Source: Candidatus Bathyarchaeota archaeon
Lineage (GTDB): Archaea; Thermoproteota; Bathyarchaeia; Bathyarchaeales; DTEX01
Length of the DNA stretch: 64,000 nt
Assembly: GCA_018396655.1 (NCBI GenBank)
Contig: JAGTQF010000004.1
Location: 317 to 64,316 of the forward strand
Reading direction: 5' to 3'
Below are positions 36,012 through 44,924 of this stretch, piece by piece (position 1 is the stretch's first letter; each line of letters begins with the position of its first letter). A program made the position numbers and the translations under genes. The notes beneath the pieces are model-generated. The model was given only the letters and a program-made list of their open reading frames with translations, was not told the origin of the DNA and searched no databases.

Positions 36012-37025
36012 TCATTTCAGAATAGACTTGAGAAGTATCTCAGTATTTATTTTGCCAGCTGAGAACACTCTTCCGCTTCTCCTGTTCACTATGGTCATTA
36101 CTGCTGGGGCGAATATCTGCGGGTCGATTTTATAGAAGTCTTGGCCAGCATCCCTAAATACTTCTGAGAATGGCTTCCCGTAATCTTTTGATGCTGAGGA
36201 GACAGCCCTCTCAATCAAGTTTTTTAGTTGTTCATCGTCCTCACAGTCCACAACATAATATGTTACTCCACCATACAATATTGCATCATTGGACCTCCCC
36301 ATAGATTCAATATCATTTTTGTGTGCTGGGGGTATCGGTGCCCTACCCCAGGCATATAATACAGTGTTGGGCTCTAAGCCAAGCTCAACAAGCCTATACA
36401 TTCCAGTCTCAACAATCCTGCCTGAAATCTGGGTTAACCCAGCAATCGATGATGTTGGCGTAAGTATTATTGATAGGTTTTCTGGGCTTATATGGCAGTT
36501 TTCGGCTATTGCCTGAATGGATTCTGCGGAGGGCACCTTAGATGTCTCGAGGACGAGGATGGCTTCGGGGGAATCATCCCTATAGCCTATCTTCTCGTAT
36601 ACGCTCTTCGGCTTAAGAGCAAGGGCCCTGGCTGGCCCTGAGCCCATGGCAATAGCATCGCCAATCTTAATTCGCCATCCAGCCATCTGCGAACCTAAAG
36701 TTGAGATTGAGGGGTAATCCGTGTAGACTGTTATTGATGGAACCTCAATATTGCCTATACACATAGATGAGAGGGTTGCCTTACCTAAACCTCCTAGGCA
36801 TATTTCCGTTATCAATCTGCCCGCCAGGTACCCTCCCTTAGCGTTTATTCCAGCATCGATTATAATCGCTCCTAGAGGCCCTCTCTCAACGAGAACATTA
36901 TATTTCGCTGGATCCTCACATATCTTCCTAACTATTTTTGCAGCCTCCCTATTTACGCTTGGACCTTTGGCCAGCAAAACACCTTTACCTCCGCGCGGTC
37001 TTCTGCTATTGGAGGTATTTTTCAT
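36012..37025 (-). CDS. mch: methenyltetrahydromethanopterin cyclohydrolase
   Basis: SVN..A..IV......A....V......GA.IIDAGI...GG..AG......CLGGLG follows the N-terminal Mch pattern, and the length fits. TTG 36977, preceded by GGAGGT, is a plausible true start. Confidence 0.8.
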   Translation of the reverse strand: MKNTSNSRRPRGGKGVLLAKGPSVNREAAKIVRKICEDPAKYNVLVERGPLGAIIIDAGINAKGGYLAGRLITEICLGGLGKATLSSMCIGNIEVPSITVYTDYPSISTLGSQMAGWRIKIGDAIAMGSGPARALALKPKSVYEKIGYRDDSPEAILVLETSKVPSAESIQAIAENCHISPENLSIILTPTSSIAGLTQISGRIVETGMYRLVELGLEPNTVLYAWGRAPIPPAHKNDIESMGRSNDAILYGGVTYYVVDCEDDEQLKNLIERAVSSASKDYGKPFSEVFRDAGQDFYKIDPQIFAPAVMTIVNRRSGRVFSAGKINTEILLKSILK

Positions 37026-37833
37026 AGTGGCTTAGATGTGGGTTTGTAACCTTAGAAACGAATAGTTTTCCTTCGCCCCCATCGGCTATATCTCCTATGA
37101 AGCGATAAAATGGTCCGGGTATTCTCTCGCCATCAACATCAACGTTCGGTCTTATAGAGTCTATCGTAAATGTTGGGAGAACCGATGGAATCCGCCCACA
37201 AATAATTATTCTCCCATTCCTCATCCCAGCCCCAGCCTTACCAGCGCAATCTCCACGAACAAATATTGTTCCATCAACCATGTTGATGCCAACAAAATGC
37301 CTAACAGAGCCATAAATCTTGACTAGGCCGCCTCTCATTAGGCATCCAACTTCTCTACCAGCATCACCATGCACGATTATTAACCCGGCCTTCATCCCCT
37401 CATTGCTTCCACGATATGGCGCACCAATATAATCCCCGGCTGAACCCTTTATCTCAATCCTTCCGCCCCTCATCGAGCCACCAGCCCATGAACCCGCACT
37501 TCCATTTACAATTATCTCCCCACCGCTCATCCCCTCACCTAAGTGCATGCCAGCATCTCCATCCACAATTATCCTCCCCTTGCTCATCTTCGCTCCAATA
37601 CCGCGAACTTTACTGAAGTTTCCGACAAGATTTATTGTTAATTCGCCCTCTTCATCCTTCACGAGTTCAAGCTTGAAGAGCTCGTTTAGGCGCCGCCTTC
37701 TATTCCCCTCCCAAACCTCAAGCCTCGATATCTCTTCAAGCCCTTTCCCCTCAAATACATTTGGCGATATACATTCGGCATATACCGGAACTTTAAACTG
37801 ATATCGTGGGGTGACCTGTATTATAATCTTCAC
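37006..37833 (-). CDS. fwdC: formylmethanofuran dehydrogenase subunit C-like (GXGXG beta-helix)
   Basis: Contains repeated G.AG...G..M.GG.I.V.G units. The N-terminus has LEVWEGNRRRRLNELF. It overlaps the fwdA stop by 4 nt. Confidence 0.8.
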   Translation of the reverse strand: MKIIIQVTPRYQFKVPVYAECISPNVFEGKGLEEISRLEVWEGNRRRRLNELFKLELVKDEEGELTINLVGNFSKVRGIGAKMSKGRIIVDGDAGMHLGEGMSGGEIIVNGSAGSWAGGSMRGGRIEIKGSAGDYIGAPYRGSNEGMKAGLIIVHGDAGREVGCLMRGGLVKIYGSVRHFVGINMVDGTIFVRGDCAGKAGAGMRNGRIIICGRIPSVLPTFTIDSIRPNVDVDGERIPGPFYRFIGDIADGGEGKLFVSKVTNPHLSHYEKYLQ

Positions 37834-39530
37834 ACCCCCACCCTAACGGTTATTGGCGCTGAAACCTTAAGATAACTCTCAGGAATAATATAATTTTCGT
37901 ATTCAACAGTCCAGTATTCGCGGAACTTCCTTCTTAAATCAGCCAAATCTCTCTGGGAGAATACATCGCAATCCATGTTAAAGTTAATCCAGTATGTTCT
38001 CCCATCAGGCACATTAATTATCTCGCCCATCTTAGCAACAATCTTTCCACCCTTAATCGTGTAGGCGGCGTTTGAGAAGGCCCTTCGAACGGTTTTATAG
38101 TCCCTTGCTGGGTCCACCAGCCTAGGATTTATGTTATAAATAGCTATGTCTGCATCTGCTCCAACTCCTAGGTGGCCCTTACTTTTCAGCCCCAGGGCTT
38201 TGGCCTGTCCGGCCCTCGTGAGTATCGCTATCTCGTAGAATGTGAGTTCTCTATCTATGCTTGGGAGCAGAGACCTAGCCCTAGCCTTCCTATTAATCTT
38301 CTCTAGGGTTTTCTCCCTCGCCCTCCGGCTCATGAGCCAAGATATTATCTTGGGATAGGATGTGAAGGGGCCTCCATTAGGATGGTCTGTTGTAAGATAA
38401 ATCTTCCATGGGTCATTTATTAGGAGGGCTAGCTCAAGCCCAATAGACCACATGGTTGCATGAACATAGCTTTTACGCCTATATCTGAATGGGACTATAC
38501 CCGAGCTGGTCTCAACCTCAACATCATGATTAACCCACTTGTTCCCGCTAAGCTCGTAGAGGGTGTATTGCCATGGTCCATCAGCCGTCATCGTAGTTGT
38601 GTCGGTGAAGATAATCTGCCCCATATCAAGCGTAGCATGGCTGTGGCTGTTAACATATTTGGCTATGTCCTCGGCTCCAGACTTCATGTTAGCCCAGCTA
38701 TCACCCTTAAATGCGCTGAACTGGCAATGCGTTATATGAATTACTGGCTTATCTGATGTTGCAAGGTCTTTAACGCAATCCATAGTTTTAATTGTCGTAA
38801 TGTAGTTTCCGGGCTGACCAAGCCTATTCGTGTGAACATGAATTGTATGCGGCAAACTAAGAATCTTATTCACAATGCAAAGCCCGCGGATAATCTCCCT
38901 AGGAGTTACATTAAAGTATGGAACCTGGTCATCTAAGTCTCTGACGTTTCTACCAAATCCCCAAGCCTCAAGCCCACCGGGATTAACTATTTTAATGGCG
39001 TAACCCTTTGTCGCCATAATCATCCAGGCGACGTGCTCAGCGCACTCCTTAATCAACCCATCCCTAAGATACTCTAGGACAAACCACCAGTCGCCCAGAA
39101 GCGGGAAGGTTGCCTTATCAACTATAGGCGTATCCTCAAGCTCCTCATGGGTGTGCCTAGCCTCTAATGGGGGCATTGAAGGATTACAGACAAAGGTGTA
39201 GCCCATACGGGCGTATCGATAGCCAGTCGTGAACGTCGATGGGATGGAGTGGCCGACACCAGACCTAGTTATAGCGGTCTTAGGTTCAAAATCATATACG
39301 TGGTCCTCTGGCCTTAGTAATCTCCCCGAATTAACCTCCGCACCAGCTATATGGGTGTGTATGTCTATGCCGCCTGGCATAACAATCATTCCGGAAGCGT
39401 CTATAATATGCGCCTCACGCTCATCAACCTTCTCAACTATCCGCCCGCCCTCAACAGCTATGTCCATAACTTCCCCATCAATGCCATTTACTGGGTCATA
39501 GACAAAACCATTCTTTATGAGTAGGCTCAT
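37830..39530 (-). CDS. fwdA: formylmethanofuran dehydrogenase subunit A-like amidohydrolase
   Basis: Contains LLIKNG.VYDP.NGI and GGIDIHTHIAG (amidohydrolase metal motif). Both the 566-aa length and adjacency to fwdC are typical. Confidence 0.85.
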   Translation of the reverse strand: MSLLIKNGFVYDPVNGIDGEVMDIAVEGGRIVEKVDEREAHIIDASGMIVMPGGIDIHTHIAGAEVNSGRLLRPEDHVYDFEPKTAITRSGVGHSIPSTFTTGYRYARMGYTFVCNPSMPPLEARHTHEELEDTPIVDKATFPLLGDWWFVLEYLRDGLIKECAEHVAWMIMATKGYAIKIVNPGGLEAWGFGRNVRDLDDQVPYFNVTPREIIRGLCIVNKILSLPHTIHVHTNRLGQPGNYITTIKTMDCVKDLATSDKPVIHITHCQFSAFKGDSWANMKSGAEDIAKYVNSHSHATLDMGQIIFTDTTTMTADGPWQYTLYELSGNKWVNHDVEVETSSGIVPFRYRRKSYVHATMWSIGLELALLINDPWKIYLTTDHPNGGPFTSYPKIISWLMSRRAREKTLEKINRKARARSLLPSIDRELTFYEIAILTRAGQAKALGLKSKGHLGVGADADIAIYNINPRLVDPARDYKTVRRAFSNAAYTIKGGKIVAKMGEIINVPDGRTYWINFNMDCDVFSQRDLADLRRKFREYWTVEYENYIIPESYLKVSAPITVRVGV

Positions 39531-39641
39531 AGCCGTCTCTTCCGAGCTATAGTGCTAATTCTCTAAAATTAATTGATGAGCGTATTTAACAGTTCTGGAG
39601 AGATGAAAGGAGCAGTGCATCTTTAATGCGAAAATCCAGCG

Positions 39642-40220
39642 CTAACGGGCATGTAATGCTATTCTCTCAAGCTCATTCCTACGCTGTATGGCGTAGCTCT
39701 TAAGGTCTTTATTTGCCGCCAGAATTATCTCCTCGGCTAAGCACTCCTCAAATGTTTTCGGATTGCTGAATGCCGCCAGCCTAGCTCCCTCAGCAATCCA
39801 GCGTAGTGCTAGGTCAACTCTCCTCTGTGGTGATATATCCACGGCTTGATGATAGACTATTCCACCATACATGATTCTCGTCGTATCCTCGCATGGCGCA
39901 GCATTCTCTATGGCCCTAACGAGAACCTCAATTGGGTTTCTGCCAGTTTGGAGATGGATTATCTCAAAAGCATTCTTCACAAACTTTATTGCCCTAGCCT
40001 TCTTACCAGCATTCCTGCCCGGGCGCATAAGCTGATTGACAAGCCTCTCAACTATATTAACCTCAGCCTTCGCAAATCTATGATGCTCATGTCTACCCAT
40101 AGAGTGTGGTATGATTACGGGCTTAAGCGAAATGTATCTCTTAAGCCCTGGGTCCTGCACCTCTATACCCTTAAAGCTCCATTTCCCAAAGAGTAGATAC
40201 TTCTCATATTCATCGCTCAA
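39642..40220 (-). CDS. rps7: 30S ribosomal protein uS7
   Basis: Characteristic archaeal S7 sequence (LLFGKW......V.DPGL..YI.L.P...PHS.GRH). Confidence 0.95.
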   Translation of the reverse strand: MSDEYEKYLLFGKWSFKGIEVQDPGLKRYISLKPVIIPHSMGRHEHHRFAKAEVNIVERLVNQLMRPGRNAGKKARAIKFVKNAFEIIHLQTGRNPIEVLVRAIENAAPCEDTTRIMYGGIVYHQAVDISPQRRVDLALRWIAEGARLAAFSNPKTFEECLAEEIILAANKDLKSYAIQRRNELERIALHAR

Positions 40221-40295
40221 GATTCTTCCACCTAATCAGACATATCTTGGATTAAACCGTTTTATTTAAGGATTGTGGGCTAAATCATATTAATT

Positions 40296-41210
40296 CTAGT
40301 ATTTGCTGAGCAGCTTAAGTAATACTGCCTTAGCCGAATACAATCTATTCTCACTCTGCTCATATATTATCGACCTAGAATCCTCAATAATATCCGGGCT
40401 TATCTCGTATCCGCGGTGGATTGGCATATCATGCATTATCCAAGCGCTACTACCAGCCAAATTCTCCCTATTCAGTTGATATGGCATCATAAGTTTTATG
40501 CGCCTCTCCTTCTCCTCAGCATATCTTGGGTCGAGGAAGAACTCCATATCAACCCAAGTATCTGTATAAACGAAGTCGGCATCCCTAACCGCCTCCTTAA
40601 GGTCTAATGTAGTCTTCCAAAGACCAGTCCTCCTAGCCTCCTCCAAGAGCTCCTCATCTCTGGATGGCTCATTGAAGATTGGGGTGACAGTTATTATTTC
40701 GACACCAACCTTCGTGCAGGCCTCGATGAGGGAATTGCACACGTTATTGTGTATGCCAACATAGACGAGCCTTGCACCCTTAAGGGTGCCCCTCTTCTCC
40801 TTCATCGTTATAAGGTCGGCGATAACCTGCGTTGGATGATACTTCTCATCACAACCATTTATAACTGGAACACGCGATGCCCTAGCCATAACCTGTAGGT
40901 CGGAGTTTCTCAGAAGCCTAGCCAATATGCAATCTACATTGCGTGAAAGATACTGCGTCTCATCATATATGTCCGCTAGTGTGAAGTTTGTTGCTCTCCA
41001 ATCTAAGTATATTGCGTGTCCACCCATCTGCGTCATAGCAACCTCAAAAGAAACCCTAGTCCTAGTCGAGGTCTTCTGAAATATCATCGCTAAGGTTTTC
41101 CCATGCAAGGAATCGCTGTATTCCTCCGGACTATGCTTCATCTCTATACCCTTATCGACAATCTCCATAATCTGTTGGCCGGATAAGCCCTTAAAATTTA
41201 TTAGGTGCAT
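40296..41210 (-). CDS. ornithine-carbamoyltransferase-family enzyme with divergent second-substrate motifs
   Basis: STRTR and HPTQ (carbamoyl-phosphate site) are present. The positions of the OTC DxxxSMG and HCLP motifs read TDTWVDMEF and HDMP. ATG 41210 is preferred; the longest ORF starts at 41234. Confidence 0.7.
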   Translation of the reverse strand: MHLINFKGLSGQQIMEIVDKGIEMKHSPEEYSDSLHGKTLAMIFQKTSTRTRVSFEVAMTQMGGHAIYLDWRATNFTLADIYDETQYLSRNVDCILARLLRNSDLQVMARASRVPVINGCDEKYHPTQVIADLITMKEKRGTLKGARLVYVGIHNNVCNSLIEACTKVGVEIITVTPIFNEPSRDEELLEEARRTGLWKTTLDLKEAVRDADFVYTDTWVDMEFFLDPRYAEEKERRIKLMMPYQLNRENLAGSSAWIMHDMPIHRGYEISPDIIEDSRSIIYEQSENRLYSAKAVLLKLLSKY

Positions 41211-41276
41211 TCCTGGCGGAACCCTCCAAACCACTATAAAATCGACATATCACTATTAAACGTTATTCTCGGGTTT

Positions 41277-41636
41277 ATGGCAACATTTTTAACGTTAGAG
41301 CACCGCATATACTCTTTGGAAGTGGTATTCTTGGATGTTAATGCACCTGATGATTTAAGAGCCCTTAGGGACGAGATATCTAGGCTCACGCTTGAAATAA
41401 TTCGCTTAGCTGGTGAGAGGCTTACGCTAGCAAGGAAGATAGGTGAGATTAAGGCTCGAAATAATCTGCCTCTTGAAGACCCGATGGTTGAGAGAGAGCT
41501 GAAGATTAAGGTTGTGGATTTATGCCAGAAGTATGGCATAGACATAAACTTCTCGCTTAGGCTACTAGAACTTCTGCTTGAAGAGTCTAAGCGCATACAG
41601 CGAGAAATAACGAAAAATAGGCTTTATGGAGCATGA
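41277..41636 (+). CDS. chorismate mutase (AroQ class)
   Basis: Helical pattern LRALRDEISRLTLEIIRLAGERLTLARKIGEIKARNNLPLEDPMVERE. The start is uncertain (ATG 41277, GTG 41322 or TTG 41331). Confidence 0.7.
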   Translation: MATFLTLEHRIYSLEVVFLDVNAPDDLRALRDEISRLTLEIIRLAGERLTLARKIGEIKARNNLPLEDPMVERELKIKVVDLCQKYGIDINFSLRLLELLLEESKRIQREITKNRLYGA

Positions 41637-41649
41637 GGGGGTCTAGAGG

Positions 41650-42510
41650 ATGCTCATCGCAGTTATTGGTGGGGCTGGAAGGATGGGCGCATGGTTCGCC
41701 AAATACTTTCTTGAACATGGCCATGACATCATAATATCGGATATTAAGTCAGATAAGGCTGAAGTTATTGCAAAATCTCTTGGTGTAATGCTAGCTAGGA
41801 ATAATGTTGAGGCTGCTAGAGCGGCTGACTTAATATTTGTGTCAACCCCAATTGATGTTGCACCAAAAGTTTTGGAGGAGCTTTCGCACGAAATACGCGA
41901 GGATGCAATTATTGCCGAGATATCCTCATTAAAATCGAGGGTTCTTCCAGTCTTAAGGGATGTGGCCAAGCGTGGAATAAAGGTTCTTTCGCTCCATCCA
42001 CTCTTCGGTTCAGGAGCGAGGGGCATGGATGGGGAGAGAATCGCGCTTATACCAGTATATAACCGGGAGTTTGAGGGCGAATTGGCAAAGAGCCTATTTC
42101 CCGAGGCAAGGATAATCATTGTAGACCGAGAGATGCATGATAGAGTTATGGCTTTAACATTAGCCTTAACACACTTCGTAAATATCGCCTTCGCATCTGT
42201 TCTTGGAGATGAAAATATAGGTGTTCTCAAGAATCTTGGTGGAACAACATTTACGCTGCAGCTGGTTATAAGTGAGGCTGTTATGAGCGAGGAACCATCG
42301 CTATATGCGTCGATACAAATGGATAATGAGTATACAATTATCTATCTTGAAAAGTTCATGGAGAAGGTTACAAAATTAAAGGGTATAATTGAGGGTGGAG
42401 ATAAAGGGGGCTTCATAAAATTCTATGAGGAAACACGCAATATGCTCTCTGAAGACGAAGATTTTGCATTAGCATATGAAAGGATGTATCGGGCTCTCAA
42501 AGCCATTTAG
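41650..42510 (+). CDS. tyrA: prephenate dehydrogenase
   Basis: Contains an N-terminal Rossmann motif (IAVIGGAGRMG) and an SLHPLFG region. It follows chorismate mutase. Confidence 0.8.
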   Translation: MLIAVIGGAGRMGAWFAKYFLEHGHDIIISDIKSDKAEVIAKSLGVMLARNNVEAARAADLIFVSTPIDVAPKVLEELSHEIREDAIIAEISSLKSRVLPVLRDVAKRGIKVLSLHPLFGSGARGMDGERIALIPVYNREFEGELAKSLFPEARIIIVDREMHDRVMALTLALTHFVNIAFASVLGDENIGVLKNLGGTTFTLQLVISEAVMSEEPSLYASIQMDNEYTIIYLEKFMEKVTKLKGIIEGGDKGGFIKFYEETRNMLSEDEDFALAYERMYRALKAI

Positions 42511-42527
42511 GATTAAAGTGTGAATAA

Positions 42528-42920
42528 TTAGTCCTTAAGTTTTATCAGAGTCTTCGTATTCAGAACCCACGGAAGTCTCCTTATCTCATCTATCTTACTG
42601 TTCAGCTCCTCAATAGTGTAAGCATGGATTAGCGCCGCAATATCATATTCGCCGGAGACCTCGAAGACTCTATCCGCAATCTTCTTCACCTCTTGGGTTA
42701 CATCCTTAGTTTTAGCTGGCTCTGTCTCTATGAGAACTATCCCCTCAAACTCTATGCTCGTCTCAATTGTGAATCTCCTTATCACTCCCTCATCCTTCAG
42801 CTGCTTTATCCTTCTCCTTACGGCGCCTTCGGTTAAGCCAACCATCTTTGCAATATTCACGTATTTTGCTCTCGCATTCTGCTTTAGTATGTCTAGAATT
42901 TTGAGGTCTATTTGGTCCAC
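42528..42920 (-). CDS. Lrp/AsnC-family transcriptional regulator
   Basis: HTH (DLKILDILKQNARAKYVNIAKMVGLTEGAVRRRIKQL) plus a RAM domain. It is divergent from dapA. Confidence 0.85.
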   Translation of the reverse strand: MDQIDLKILDILKQNARAKYVNIAKMVGLTEGAVRRRIKQLKDEGVIRRFTIETSIEFEGIVLIETEPAKTKDVTQEVKKIADRVFEVSGEYDIAALIHAYTIEELNSKIDEIRRLPWVLNTKTLIKLKD

Positions 42921-43071
42921 AAATTATTATTTCGCTCTTTCATGGAAATATTTTTTGCGATTCTCGTATTAGGGCGAAACTTAGGCTTTTACGAAAAGCG
43001 TAATTATTGAACGAAAAACATAAATAAATCAAAGCTCTAATCTTAGAGTTACATGGTATGGTGATATTGGG

Positions 43072-44121
43072 ATGAAGATAAGCAGATTTGAAGGATGTTA
43101 CACAGCCCTAATAACACCAATGAAGAGAGATTATGAAGTTGACTTTGAGGGTCTGAGGAAGCTCGTTGAGTTTCAGATTGAGGAGGGGGTTAGCGGGCTG
43201 CTGGCTGTTGGAACAACCGGTGAGAGTCCAACATTGACGCATGATGAGAGCATAATGGTTATTAGGGAGACATATGAGTTGGCTGGAGATAAGTGCGTAA
43301 CTATCGGCGGAACCGGGAGCAACTGCACTGAAAAAACTATCGAAATGACTAAGGAGGTGTATGATTTTGGGGTTAGATGCGTTCTACTGGTCGACCCATA
43401 TTATAATGGACCGAGCTCCCTAGAGATAAGGAGAGAGTATATTGAGCCAGTCGCCCGCATGTTTCCAGACGTCCAGGTTATTCCATATGTTATCCCAGGG
43501 AGAACTGGAACGCAGCTCATGCCCCAAGACCTAGCAATACTCCACTCGCAATTTAAGAATGTTAGGGCCGTTAAGGAGGCAACTGGGAATATCGAGAATA
43601 TGAAGATGACTAGGAAGCTCTGTGGCAATGATTTTGATATACTGTCTGGCGATGATGATAAGACATATGAGATGATGATGAATCCGGAGATACACGCAAG
43701 TGGGGTGATTTCAGTAGCATCAAATGTTGCTCCCAAAGCGGTACAGAGCTTTACTAAAGCCATTCTGGAGGGCAGATTGAGCGAGGCCGAGAGGCTTCAT
43801 GAGGACCTTAAGCCCCTCTTTTCAATAGTGGCCGTTAGAACTGAGGAGGATACCCCATATGGCAGTGTCTTATGTAGGGCTAGAAACCCGCTTCCATACA
43901 AGACGCTAATGAGCATCCTGGGAATGCCATCTGGTCCATGCAGACGCCCACTTGGAAAGATGACTAAGAATGGTCTGGAGGTTGTTTTGAATGCTGCTAG
44001 AAGAGTCTATGAGAGAAACCCGGAAATCTTAAAGCCCGTCGAGGACTTTTTTGATGTTGACTTAAGTAAACGCCTATATGAGGAGCGCTTCTGGGAGGGT
44101 TTAGCATACGACCAATATTAG
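43072..44121 (+). CDS. dapA: 4-hydroxy-tetrahydrodipicolinate synthase (long form)
   Basis: Contains GTTGES, PYYNGP and VKEATG (Schiff-base Lys). It is roughly 55 aa longer than the ~290-aa enzymes I recall. Confidence 0.8.
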   Translation: MKISRFEGCYTALITPMKRDYEVDFEGLRKLVEFQIEEGVSGLLAVGTTGESPTLTHDESIMVIRETYELAGDKCVTIGGTGSNCTEKTIEMTKEVYDFGVRCVLLVDPYYNGPSSLEIRREYIEPVARMFPDVQVIPYVIPGRTGTQLMPQDLAILHSQFKNVRAVKEATGNIENMKMTRKLCGNDFDILSGDDDKTYEMMMNPEIHASGVISVASNVAPKAVQSFTKAILEGRLSEAERLHEDLKPLFSIVAVRTEEDTPYGSVLCRARNPLPYKTLMSILGMPSGPCRRPLGKMTKNGLEVVLNAARRVYERNPEILKPVEDFFDVDLSKRLYEERFWEGLAYDQY

Positions 44122-44122
44122 A

Positions 44123-44908
44123 TTGTGTGTTGCTGGCGCAACTGGAAGAATGGGGAGCACACTAATTAGAGAGGCTGTTGCAAGGGGATTTAGAATAGTG
44201 GGTGCTGTTGCGGCTAAAGAGGACCCGAATATAAATAGGACTCTTAGGGAGGCTGGAATCTGCGACCTAGATGTTAGGATAGTTGACCCATTGAGAATAC
44301 CGGAGGCTGTTAAGGATGCAGACGTATATGTGTCATTTACAACACCCGAGGCTGAGGCTGCCAATCTACCGGTCGTTGCAGATTTGGGTAAGAAGATAGT
44401 TATGGGGACAACGGGCTTCACGGATGAGCAGATGAGGAAGATTAAGGATGCTGTTTCAAGTAGGGTTCCAGCAGTTTTCTCGCCAAACTATGCGATAGGC
44501 GTAAACATACTTTTTAGGCTACTGCGCATGATGAAGGTCTTTCCAGCTGGCTACGACTTCAGCATAGTGGAGATTCACCATTCGGGTAAGAGGGATGCGC
44601 CCAGTGGAACAGCGAAGAAGATTGGTGAGATAATATCTGAGGTGAGGGGTTACACAAGCATCTCGTATGGTCGGGAGGGCCTAAACGCTAGAAAACCCGG
44701 TGAACTCGAGATTCTGGCCGTTAGAGCTGGCGGAGTTCCTGGAGTGCATGAAATCATCATAGCTGGCCCATACGAGATGATACGCATAGAGCACACAGCC
44801 TTCTCCAGAAGCGTTTTTGCTCAGGGAGCATTATACGCTGTTGAATGGGTTTATAAGCAGGAGAGGCCTGGAATATATAGTATGGATGACGTGTTAGGCG
44901 GGCTCTAA
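44123..44908 (+). CDS. dapB: 4-hydroxy-tetrahydrodipicolinate reductase
   Basis: Contains GATGRMG, SPNYAIGV and EIHHSGKRDAPSGTA. TTG start 1 nt after the dapA stop. Confidence 0.85.
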   Translation: MCVAGATGRMGSTLIREAVARGFRIVGAVAAKEDPNINRTLREAGICDLDVRIVDPLRIPEAVKDADVYVSFTTPEAEAANLPVVADLGKKIVMGTTGFTDEQMRKIKDAVSSRVPAVFSPNYAIGVNILFRLLRMMKVFPAGYDFSIVEIHHSGKRDAPSGTAKKIGEIISEVRGYTSISYGREGLNARKPGELEILAVRAGGVPGVHEIIIAGPYEMIRIEHTAFSRSVFAQGALYAVEWVYKQERPGIYSMDDVLGGL

Positions 44909-44924
44909 TGAGGGGTTACCGTCC

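Noticed and set aside
41234-41260. Idea that a single CTATAAAA element serves as a bidirectional TATA box for the divergent carbamoyltransferase and chorismate mutase genes.
   Set aside because: A second TATA-like box (CTATTAAA, 41253-41260) is present and both start codons are uncertain. The spacing argument therefore cannot be made from sequence alone.
41643-42230. Long ORFs antisense to confidently assigned genes. This 195-aa ORF is opposite tyrA. Others are 28461..28961 opposite nadC, 45608..46252 opposite lysC/asd, 11897..12394 opposite the GuaA-like gene, 25469..25969 opposite rpl4, 3389..3847, 46176..46625 and 49325..49735.
   Set aside because: Their translations are low-complexity (S/L/P/A/I-rich) with no motifs. 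Each fully shadows a gene with strong motif support, so they are typical antisense-frame artefacts.
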